NCBI GenBank assembly: GCA_034440375.1
Contig: JAWXBZ010000137.1
Coordinates: forward strand, 1 to 35,655
Length of the DNA stretch: 35,655 nucleotides
Source: Candidatus Eiseniibacteriota bacterium
Lineage (GTDB): Bacteria > Eisenbacteria > RBG-16-71-46 > JABDJR01 > JAWXBZ01
Direction of reading: 5' to 3'
The position numbers and the translations under genes are program-made. The notes under the pieces were generated by a model. It saw only the letters and a list, made by a program, of their open reading frames with translations. It was not told the DNA's origin and did not search any database. This document shows positions 1-8,073 of this stretch, piece after piece (the stretch's first letter is position 1; each line of letters starts with the position of its first letter).

Positions 1-1
1 A

Positions 2-952
2 GCGCCGGCGCTCATCCTGCTGGCCGGACTGGCCGTGACACACCGGGGACGACGTGCGATGACCGCGCCCGCCGCGCGGGTGGCCCTCGTTCTGGCGATG
101 TCCTTCATCCTGTCGCGCGTGGGCATGCGTACGCTGCTGGGGCCGATGCGTGACTGGGATATCTTCGCCGGCACCGGCATTGCGCTGACCGGCTGGGCCG
201 CGTTCACGGTTCTGGCCTGGATCGACGACATCGGGGATTTGAACCGTCCGGAACAAATTGACCCCGAGGGGCAACTACCGGACCAGGAGGAAGCGAATGT
301 CGGCCGGCTCGAGGTGAGGCGGATGATTTGCATGGTCCTGGTAACCAGCCTGGTGTTGCTCATTCCCTGGATCGGCATCCAGGCTGATTCCGGTCGTGCA
401 GTGGCGCGACATCTGGCCCTGGTCGACGCCGACCCCACACTCGAGCCGGCCGCGGCCGCCACCTCTCACTCGGCCATGGGTCTGCGTTTCCTGTCGCTCG
501 GCAAGACCGAACTGGCGGCCAGTGCCTTCGAACGAGCCTGGCAACTTCGTCCCAGCTGGAATTTTGCCTGGCGGGCCGGACTGGCGTACATGGCAAGCGG
601 CAAACCGGAAAAGGCGGCGGCAGCCATGACCGAGATGACGAAGTCGCGGCCGAATGACTGGCGCGGATGGAGCGAGCTAGGAAATGCCTGGAACGCCATG
701 GATCGCTTTGATCTTGCGGAGCCGGCGCTTCGACGGGCCATCCAACTCGATACATCGTCAACGGCGCCGCGGATTCACCTGGCTCGAACGCTGGGAATGC
801 TGGGTCGCGAGCTGGAGGCTCGCGCCCAGATCGAGGCCGTGCGCCCGATGATGACGCCGACCGATCCGATGCAAACCGATTTCATCCTGCTCGATCGGAC
901 TCTGGCGCCGCTGTACCCGGCATCAGCCGCTCCCGACTCAATTCGCCGCTGA
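2..952 (+). CDS. Membrane protein with C-terminal TPR repeats (5'-truncated by window edge)
   Basis: Frame is open from base 2. Several hydrophobic TM-like segments are followed by TPR-type helices (AASAFERAWQLRP, AGLAYMASGKPEKA, WSELGNAWNAMDRFDLAEPALRRAIQLD). Confidence 0.75.
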   Translation, partial: APALILLAGLAVTHRGRRAMTAPAARVALVLAMSFILSRVGMRTLLGPMRDWDIFAGTGIALTGWAAFTVLAWIDDIGDLNRPEQIDPEGQLPDQEEANVGRLEVRRMICMVLVTSLVLLIPWIGIQADSGRAVARHLALVDADPTLEPAAAATSHSAMGLRFLSLGKTELAASAFERAWQLRPSWNFAWRAGLAYMASGKPEKAAAAMTEMTKSRPNDWRGWSELGNAWNAMDRFDLAEPALRRAIQLDTSSTAPRIHLARTLGMLGRELEARAQIEAVRPMMTPTDPMQTDFILLDRTLAPLYPASAAPDSIRR

Positions 953-1034
953 CTGGGTTTTTATAAGAACTGTCGCCCTGCCCGTCACGGGGCCTGTCGA
1001 ATAATCATACAAATCCACAATGATTGGCGGGCAC

Positions 1035-1061
1035 TCAAGCCGGTCGATGGAATACCGATGA
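1035..1061 (+). promoter_or_regulatory. Putative sigma28 (FliA/WhiG)-type promoter upstream of the TrmB-family gene
   Basis: TCAAG-N14-ACCGATGA, versus consensus TCAAG-N14-GCCGATAA / TAAA-N15-GCCGATAA; intergenic and correctly oriented. Confidence 0.4.
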
Positions 1062-1153
1062 AGCAGCTCAAGAAAGTGGATTGAAACGGCGTTGAAATTC
1101 GGTCGGTGTGGTAAATTAGGAACGTCCTCAGGGGGACAACCGGTGAGCTCACA

Positions 1154-1906
1154 TTGGACTCTGCACGGAAAAACCAACTCGTAGGCGCACTTCTCGCGTA
1201 TGGCCTGAACGAATACGAAGCCCGGGCGTATCTCGCACTGCTGCAGCACGGACCGGCCGTCGCCGGCGATATCTCGCGCCGGTCGGGCATCCCGCGTCCG
1301 CGCGTGTACGACACGCTGCAGCGACTCATCGAAGCGTCACTGGTCGCGGAAAACGGCGGCGCTCCGCGCAGCTACGCCCCACTCCCCCTCGACGATTTCC
1401 TGACACGGATGACATCGCAGTTTCGCCGCCGACAGGAAGTCCTGCGCGACGGGCTGGCGGCTTCGACCGGTGACAACCGGAACGATGGGGTCTTTCACGT
1501 CCACGATGAACTTCCCATTCTGCGCCAGTGCGAGGATCTGATTGATACCGCGGTACGGCGGCTTTACGTGACGGCTTGCGGCGCCGAACTCATGGCACTC
1601 ACACGGCCGCTTCGTGATGCACGGGACCGCGGCGTGACAATCGAGGGGACAATGCTCGGCGCGGGCGAGCTACCGGATGGCATCACACTGGCCGCGGGTC
1701 AGCCGGGCGACAGTCGAACTGTCCAGGGCGGCCGGCGCCTTACGATCATTCGCGATGGCGAGGAAGTGCTGATCGCCGAGATCGGCGGGACAAACCGGCC
1801 GTACGGCGTACGGAGCCGTAACTGCCTGCTCGTGGATTTATCCAGGCCGATCGCCTCGAACGGGTCACTGCGGGTGGCGTTGAAATCCGAGGCGTTCGCG
1901 GGCTGA
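1154..1906 (+). CDS. TrmB-family transcriptional regulator
   Basis: N-terminal winged HTH signature LLAYGLNEYEARAYLALL...ISRRSGIPRPRVYDTLQRL...G.PRSYAPLP; C-terminal effector domain (LIDTAVRRLYV, RDARDRGV, LTIIRDGEEVLI). TTG start preceded by GGTGAG. Confidence 0.9.
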   Translation: MDSARKNQLVGALLAYGLNEYEARAYLALLQHGPAVAGDISRRSGIPRPRVYDTLQRLIEASLVAENGGAPRSYAPLPLDDFLTRMTSQFRRRQEVLRDGLAASTGDNRNDGVFHVHDELPILRQCEDLIDTAVRRLYVTACGAELMALTRPLRDARDRGVTIEGTMLGAGELPDGITLAAGQPGDSRTVQGGRRLTIIRDGEEVLIAEIGGTNRPYGVRSRNCLLVDLSRPIASNGSLRVALKSEAFAG

Positions 1907-1982
1907 GGTCACGAAGAACCCGGAGGATCGGATCCGGCCCGCCGGGGACCAACGGGCTGGCAGGCGACGGTTCAGGATCGCG

Positions 1983-4091
1983 CTATTCGCGGGCCAGAAT
2001 CAGCCGGCGGCTGGTTTCCCACTCCGGTGTGACGAGGCGGACGAAGTAGATTCCCGACGCGGCACGGCCCCCGCGTTCGTCGCGGCCATCCCAGACAAGA
2101 TCGACGGTGCCGCCAGCCCTTTCCCAGGCACCGGCGGCCAGACGACGGACCAGCCGTCCATCCACCCCGACTACATTCACGGACCAGGTCGACACCTCCG
2201 CCCGCGCGGGCAGCGACATCGACAGCCTCGTTTCATGGGTCACCGGGTTTGGGTAAGGCCCGGCCAGCATCGGCCGAACCGGGAAGCCCGCCCGCCCGAT
2301 ATCCGCGACGCCGGCACTCGTCGACACGGTGAACTTGCCCGGTCGCAGGGCTTCCCTCTCCCAGCCGGCCAGATTCGTGGCCAGCACCTGCCAGTGATAC
2401 GTGGATCCGGGCGCGAGGAACATCGGCGGTATCCAGGTCGAATCGGTTCCGGCGAAAAAGGTGTCGGCCCCGGCAAAAGTTGGTGAGGTTCCGAGGATCA
2501 CCCGGTAGGTCACGACATCCCCCGGGTTGCCGCGGGAATGCTCCCAGCCAAATTGCGGGGCGGCGGTGGTGATCGTGACGCCGCGATCCGGCATCTGCAG
2601 CGAAAATGGGCGGGAGACGAGCGGGTTCGCCTGCGGGGCCAGTGCGGCTGCCTGGTTGAGGCGAACGAGCCCCCACCCGGTCATGTTATCGGGAGCACCC
2701 GCATGGCTGGCCTGCGAGCGGATCGCCTCGCGCAGCTGCCAGCCGCTCCAGTCCGGATGAGCTTCCTTGAGGAGCGCCGCGGCGCCGGCCGTGACCGGCG
2801 TGGCGAAGGACGTGCCGCTGGCCGGACCGTATCCGCCGGTCGTGGCATTGGCCACATAGTTGGAGCGGCCGCGGGCGACGACCTCGGGCTTCACGCGGCC
2901 ATCCGCCGTGGGCCCGCGCGAGGAGAACGAGGTCACGACTCCCAGCGAATCGACGGCGCCAACCGAGAGAACCGAGTCGGCATCCGCGGGGGTCCAGATG
3001 CTGCCGACGCCCGGTCCGAAGTTGCCCGCCGCGTTGACCATGCAGATACCACGCGCCACGGCCATGTCCACGGCGATGGCCAGCGGGGTCGTGTCGCCGT
3101 CGAGGTCCGCGTAGGTGTAGTCGTTCATCGTTCCGTCGAAATCGAGATACAGCAGCGAGGCCGTGATGATATCGGCGCCCAGACTGTCCGCCCATTCGAT
3201 GGCCGCGATGAAGTTGTCTTCCTCGACCGGCGTCTCGCTGGTGATGTTCTCCGTCTTGGCGAGGAGGATGCCCGCCTCGAACGCGCCGCCGATCAATGCG
3301 CCCGGCCGGTAGCCGCCCACGTTGCTCCAGACAGATGTGCCGTGATTCCAGGCCGAGGCGACATCGTTGGGTTGGTTGTCCACATCATTGTCGTTGAAGA
3401 CGAAATCGCGCTCGGCCAGGACGTTTCGTCCGGCCAGTGCCGGATGCCCGGTGCGGAATCCCGAGTCCAGGATTGCCACGATGGTACCGGCGCCGGTGTA
3501 CCCCTGACGATGAAGGTCGACGATCCCAACCTGGGCATTTTGGTTGAATGACGCCCCGTAGTACCAGGCCTCATCGTTCAGGAAAGCGGGAGCGGCCACG
3601 GTGCCCGGGACGGTCGGATCCAGGCGAAAGTCGGTGCGGGTCGGCGCCTGGCGCCCCTCCGTCCCGGATTCCGGGCCGACAACGCCCGGGTCGTCGGCAC
3701 CGGCATCATTGAGGCGGCGGCGCTCGGGATCGATCCACCGGCGGCTGCGGAGCACGGGGCGGATCTCGCGAACGAACGGGAGACGACGAAGCTCCGCCAC
3801 CCTTGCTTGATCGATGACCACGCTGGCCCCGTTCAGCCAGCGGGTGACATGACGAATCACGGCGCCGGCGTCACGCAGTGCGTCCACGCGGGTGGCACGC
3901 TGGTGATCCGCCACGGCGGCATCGTGGTCGGATCCGGAAGGCCCATGGTCGGTTCGGAAGAAGACCCAGATCACCGCGGCCCGGTCGGAATGATCCGTGG
4001 CGGGAGAGTGTCGCTGTGCCGTGGTGGTTCCCGACGCGAAGGCCAGAAACAGGACTGTCAGTGCGGCGAGGCGCGTTTTCATGAGGATCAT
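1983..4091 (-). CDS. Secreted S8 (subtilisin-like) serine peptidase with C-terminal FlgD-Ig/T9SS-like sorting domain
   Basis: Signal peptide; catalytic motifs ILDSG (Asp), HGTSV (His), NAAGN (oxyanion Asn), SGTSFATP (Ser); FN3-like segment; tail PYPNP...WDGRDERGGRAASGIYFVRL. Confidence 0.92.
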   Translation of the reverse strand: MILMKTRLAALTVLFLAFASGTTTAQRHSPATDHSDRAAVIWVFFRTDHGPSGSDHDAAVADHQRATRVDALRDAGAVIRHVTRWLNGASVVIDQARVAELRRLPFVREIRPVLRSRRWIDPERRRLNDAGADDPGVVGPESGTEGRQAPTRTDFRLDPTVPGTVAAPAFLNDEAWYYGASFNQNAQVGIVDLHRQGYTGAGTIVAILDSGFRTGHPALAGRNVLAERDFVFNDNDVDNQPNDVASAWNHGTSVWSNVGGYRPGALIGGAFEAGILLAKTENITSETPVEEDNFIAAIEWADSLGADIITASLLYLDFDGTMNDYTYADLDGDTTPLAIAVDMAVARGICMVNAAGNFGPGVGSIWTPADADSVLSVGAVDSLGVVTSFSSRGPTADGRVKPEVVARGRSNYVANATTGGYGPASGTSFATPVTAGAAALLKEAHPDWSGWQLREAIRSQASHAGAPDNMTGWGLVRLNQAAALAPQANPLVSRPFSLQMPDRGVTITTAAPQFGWEHSRGNPGDVVTYRVILGTSPTFAGADTFFAGTDSTWIPPMFLAPGSTYHWQVLATNLAGWEREALRPGKFTVSTSAGVADIGRAGFPVRPMLAGPYPNPVTHETRLSMSLPARAEVSTWSVNVVGVDGRLVRRLAAGAWERAGGTVDLVWDGRDERGGRAASGIYFVRLVTPEWETSRRLILARE

Positions 4092-4110
4092 TGAGGCGGA
4101 CCGCCTGCTC

Positions 4111-5736
4111 CTAGAAACGAAGCGTGGCGGTGAAGCTCATCTCCGTGAGGCTGCGATCTTCGGTGACGGACTGAACGTAGGTGCTTAGCGTGAACTCGTT
4201 GAACGAGCCCAGAAATAGATGGGTGTACTCGTACTGTGTGCGGGCGATGCCGACATCGAAAGAAAATGAGTCGACATGGATCCCGGTTCCGATCGAGATG
4301 GTCGTGGTCGGGATCTCGTCACCGGCAAGCAGCAACGAGCCGTCCTGGAACACCTCGTCCATCAATCCCCGAATATCGGCCTGGCGGTCGGCGACCGGCC
4401 GGCTGCCCTCGGCGGCAATCACTCCAATCTGCCGATTGATCTCAAGCATCCGGTCTGTCCGGACGTTGGGAAAAGTCCGCGGCTCGTTCCGGAATCCGGC
4501 GCGAACAGGGATCGTGATGCCCTCGACGCCATCCCCCTTGACCAGCCACTCGGCCCCGATGCGGATATGATGGGTGTCCTTGAGGCCCGCCCCCTTGGTG
4601 ACGCTGCCGCCGGTCGGGATGACCGTTGAAAACGTCTGCGCCAGGTTCAGCGTGTCGGGGAAAATCGTGAATGTGGCAAAGGACTCCCGGCTGAAGGTGG
4701 CATTGCCCCAGGCCCGATTCCAATAATCCCCGGCCACGATCACACGGTCGGACATGGTCTTCCAGGCCAATCCCAGGCCGAACATTGTTGGCACCGACAG
4801 CGAATGATCCAGAAGGGTTCTGTTGAAGATGATCGGCGTCGGGTCCATTTCGGTGGGGTCGGTCAGACCCCGAAACTGGTCCTTGCCGGAAGTGAATTTG
4901 AGATCATGGCCAGCCTGCAACACGCCGGCCACCGTGAAATTCGGGATGAGTTCGAGGCGGGCGCCAAGATCGACCGAGGTTCCGTTGACCTCCTGGTCGA
5001 GCGTCACAAACCCCTCGGTAACGACCTGTCCAAACGTGGTGACGCCCTGATCCCCCTTGGATGCAACGCTGCCTGTCATGAAGTTGATCGTTGCCCCGAG
5101 CGAGAGCCTCGAGGAAATGGCCATGGAGAGTGACGGACTTAACGCATCGACGCTTCCGGAGAACTGTTCACCCGATCCGAAATCGGCGTCCCCGAATGGG
5201 CTCATGACCAGGAACCGCTCCTCGGTGCCACTGCGGAAATCGATGAGGCGCCGGTAGGCGACGCCCAAACCGGCGCGGCGACCCAGGAAGATGATGGGCA
5301 GGCCGAAGGCAATGTCGTTGTAGGCGTAGTTGCTGGTCAGGGTGGGGGCATAGTTCTCAATCGGAAATTCCGTACCCAGCGGTGAGGGAAATCCGGACGG
5401 GGCGTCAGTGGCGGTGACACCGCCTGACAGCCATCGGGTGTCGGCGCTAAGCGTCGGCCCTGTCAGCCGGCTGAACCCCGCCGGGTTGACGGTGGCGACA
5501 TTGACATCGGCATCCATGGCCAGCGAGGCGCCCCCCATCGACTTGGCCCGCGAACCGGCGATCGTGCGGTCGAATGTGCTGGCGCCATATCGGAGCACAT
5601 CCATCCCGGAAGGTCCCTCCACGGGAATCGTGATGGGAGGATTGGTCTGCCCCTGGGCCGTGGCCAGTTCGGAAAGTCCAAGAACAAAGGCGGCGGCGAA
5701 TGCCCCGCGGAAGAGGAAACGCGTTTTCATGGTCAT
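4111..5736 (-). CDS. Outer-membrane beta-barrel of the FadL/OmpP1/PorV superfamily
   Basis: Signal peptide; hatch motif GSRAKSMGGASLA...VNPAGFSRL; alternating amphipathic strands; C-terminal Phe (FTATLRF). Start uncertain (5742, 5736 or 5730). Confidence 0.75.
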   Translation of the reverse strand: MTMKTRFLFRGAFAAAFVLGLSELATAQGQTNPPITIPVEGPSGMDVLRYGASTFDRTIAGSRAKSMGGASLAMDADVNVATVNPAGFSRLTGPTLSADTRWLSGGVTATDAPSGFPSPLGTEFPIENYAPTLTSNYAYNDIAFGLPIIFLGRRAGLGVAYRRLIDFRSGTEERFLVMSPFGDADFGSGEQFSGSVDALSPSLSMAISSRLSLGATINFMTGSVASKGDQGVTTFGQVVTEGFVTLDQEVNGTSVDLGARLELIPNFTVAGVLQAGHDLKFTSGKDQFRGLTDPTEMDPTPIIFNRTLLDHSLSVPTMFGLGLAWKTMSDRVIVAGDYWNRAWGNATFSRESFATFTIFPDTLNLAQTFSTVIPTGGSVTKGAGLKDTHHIRIGAEWLVKGDGVEGITIPVRAGFRNEPRTFPNVRTDRMLEINRQIGVIAAEGSRPVADRQADIRGLMDEVFQDGSLLLAGDEIPTTTISIGTGIHVDSFSFDVGIARTQYEYTHLFLGSFNEFTLSTYVQSVTEDRSLTEMSFTATLRF

Positions 5737-5744
5737 CGGCACCC

Positions 5745-6215
5745 TCAGAGTCGGGCGGACAGAATGGCGGCCAGCACCGAGCCCGTGAAGGCCCAGAAAA
5801 TACCGTGGCGCGCCGTCTTGGCCTTGTCGACGGAAACTCGTTCCACTCTGGCAATCCGGTAGGTCGGCAGAATGATTCGCTCGGACTGTGCGTCCGTGAT
5901 GCGAAGTGTTCCGGATTCCATCCGTTCGCGCTGGACGCGATACCGGTCGTACTCCGTGGAGATGTAGGCGTTCTTGAGAATGATCTCCTTGTCGTTCACC
6001 CGCTCCACCTCCCCCTGGTAGATCTTGCCAAAGGTTTGGAAGGTGACCGTCTGTTCCTGGATGATGCGGCCTTTGAGCGTTTCGCCGTCACGGAAGGTGA
6101 TCAGCACCACTTTGTCGGCGGAACCGAGGTCCTGAAGGGTAGCCGGGCTCAATTGTGAACACCCGCTCACCAGACCACAGAGCGCCAGGCCCAACAGCCC
6201 GTAGCGCATACGCAT
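5745..6215 (-). CDS. Hypothetical lipoprotein
   Basis: GGAGGAGG RBS; lipobox-like LVSG-C; small beta-rich domain; hydrophobic C-terminal segment. Confidence 0.7.
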   Translation of the reverse strand: MRMRYGLLGLALCGLVSGCSQLSPATLQDLGSADKVVLITFRDGETLKGRIIQEQTVTFQTFGKIYQGEVERVNDKEIILKNAYISTEYDRYRVQRERMESGTLRITDAQSERIILPTYRIARVERVSVDKAKTARHGIFWAFTGSVLAAILSARL

Positions 6216-6326
6216 GGGGACGACGATCCTCCTCCGTCAGAAACGGCTCTTTATCGGAATTTCGCGCGCGGGCCGAGAAGCCGCCCGTGGCGTATCAAGA
6301 GGGGGGATACCGCGTTGCCAGATGTA

Positions 6327-6355
6327 AAGTTAATGGGTTTGAAGGGAGGTGTCAA
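6327..6355 (-). promoter_or_regulatory. Sigma70-type promoter for the lipoprotein-barrel-S8 operon
   Basis: Minus strand TTGACA-N17-TAACTT, about 110 nt upstream of the 6215 start. Confidence 0.65.
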
Positions 6356-6540
6356 GGCAGTGGTTCGATGGCGTGCGGGCGCTATTTTTGAGGGGCCGGT
6401 CGGCACATTTCATATAGGGTCGCGTCCACTTCGCCCGCCATGACGACAAACGATGAAACGCTCTTGCCAACCCAAAGCCCAGGAGGGTTTTGTTCGACTG
6501 ACCGGCGCGTTCAACCGGCGCCGCGCGAGTCCGCGGACGA

Positions 6541-8073
6541 CTAGAGGAAGTAACGCCCCGTGTCGATGTTGACGGTGGCGGGGTCAACGGTGGCGCTGAT
6601 GCGGTAAGGAGGCGGGGCGTCGGTGCCGCCGTCCATCAAATCCACCGTGGGGCCGTCGAACTCGATACCGGTCGTGTCGGTGATGAGCTTGATGCGCGGG
6701 CGGCGCGGGTCGATCGACTCGGGGGGTGTCGACAGGACCACGGCCATCTGGCCGGTGTCGAGAAGAAGAAGCGTGCCGATCGGGTAAACGCCGATCAGAT
6801 TGACGAATACTTTCAATATTGCCGTGTCGAAGAGTTTGTCGGACTGGCTCAACATGTAGGACAGGGCCTTGTCGCGCGGTTTGGCGCTCTCCGAATAGAC
6901 GCGCTGGGTCGTCATGGCGTCGAAACAGTCGGCCACCGTGACCACCCGGCTGTACAGGTGCAGCGGCCGGGGGGTTCGAAGCGGCGGATATCCCTGGAGG
7001 TTCATCCCGAGGTGGTGCTCGAAGGCCACCACGATCGATTTCATGGCCAGGTCGGAAAAACCCTTCAGGCGCACCAGGACCCGGACGCCGAGCGCCGGAT
7101 GGCGACGCATCAGGTCCCACTCCTCCTTGTCGAACTTGCCGGGTTTACGAATGACCGTCAGTGGAATTTCCGTCTTGCCGATGTCGTGGAGCAACGCCGC
7201 CACGCCAAGCTCGGACAAACGCTTGCGATCGAGCCCCAGTTTCTTGCCGATGGCGATCGACAGGACGCAGACGTTCACCGAATGGAAAAAGGTGTAGTCA
7301 TCGTGACTCTTGAGCGTGGTCAGGCCAAGCATGGAAAACTCCTCTTCCATGATCAGGTCGACCATCGACTGGACGACACGTTTGGCCTTCCTCAGATCCA
7401 TCTGCTGACTCAACTTGTTGCTGGTCATGACGGCGCGTGTCACGGCCACGGCCCGGAAAAAGGTCTTCTTGGCCCGTTCCTTATGGTCGATCTGCTCGCG
7501 CTCCAGGTCCTCGAGGTCGGTGGCTCGCCAGGGGCCGAATTCCAGACCCTCTGTCTTTTCGCCCAGTCGTTCGTTCAGGAATCGGCAGGCTTCATCGGCC
7601 CGCGCCGACGCCGCGGCATGGTCCACTTTTCCGCTCGCGGGTTGAAAATCGATTGCCTCCACGACCGAAAGCGGGGCTGTGACCAGGACCTGGACCAGGT
7701 GGCCGATGGCCTCCCGATCGACTCCCTGACGGATGGTGAGGCTGCCGATGCCGCGGGAGCGCAGTTCCCGGCAGACGCTCTCGAACACGGCCTGGCTTCC
7801 CGCATCACTCTTGAGCCGCGTGTCGTTCCAGAAGAGATAGTCGCCGAGAGCCTTGATGCTGAATACGCCCCCCACCCGGAACAGTCCGTTCAGGATCAGC
7901 GTCAGGTTGTCGATGGCCGCCGTCACCGAGTCGTTTTTCAGGTCATGAATCTTCGCCGTGCGCATGGCCACGTTCAGGCCCCGGACCGCGTCCCGGGCCA
8001 TCCCATGAATGCCGCTTTCGATGACTTGTGTCAGGCCAATGTCCTGACGAACCGCCGATCCGCGATCAGACAT
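6541..8073 (-). CDS. HD-GYP domain protein (putative cyclic di-nucleotide phosphodiesterase)
   Basis: YTFFHSVNV, LLHDIGK, HPALG, EHHLGMNLQGYP, VADCFDAMTTQRVY, GVYPIGTLLLL. Start re-called to ATG 8073 (MSDRG), which overlaps the upstream stop; the 8499 extension is Arg/Ser-rich off-frame sequence inside the HEAT gene. Confidence 0.9.
   Translation of the reverse strand: MSDRGSAVRQDIGLTQVIESGIHGMARDAVRGLNVAMRTAKIHDLKNDSVTAAIDNLTLILNGLFRVGGVFSIKALGDYLFWNDTRLKSDAGSQAVFESVCRELRSRGIGSLTIRQGVDREAIGHLVQVLVTAPLSVVEAIDFQPASGKVDHAAASARADEACRFLNERLGEKTEGLEFGPWRATDLEDLEREQIDHKERAKKTFFRAVAVTRAVMTSNKLSQQMDLRKAKRVVQSMVDLIMEEEFSMLGLTTLKSHDDYTFFHSVNVCVLSIAIGKKLGLDRKRLSELGVAALLHDIGKTEIPLTVIRKPGKFDKEEWDLMRRHPALGVRVLVRLKGFSDLAMKSIVVAFEHHLGMNLQGYPPLRTPRPLHLYSRVVTVADCFDAMTTQRVYSESAKPRDKALSYMLSQSDKLFDTAILKVFVNLIGVYPIGTLLLLDTGQMAVVLSTPPESIDPRRPRIKLITDTTGIEFDGPTVDLMDGGTDAPPPYRISATVDPATVNIDTGRYFL

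Noticed and set aside
1011-1082. AATCCAC / GTGGATT inverted pair resembling DnaA boxes
   Set aside because: Only two degenerate copies, no DUE or dnaA context; insufficient for oriC.
6251-6258. Minus-strand TCCGATAA (sigma28 -10-like) upstream of the lipoprotein gene
   Set aside because: No acceptable -35 element at the right spacing; a good sigma70 promoter already lies upstream.
6473-6495. CAAAGCCC-AGGA-GGGTTTTG hairpin downstream of the HD-GYP gene
   Set aside because: The U tract is on the plus strand where no gene ends, and the stem is weak on the minus strand; not called as a terminator.
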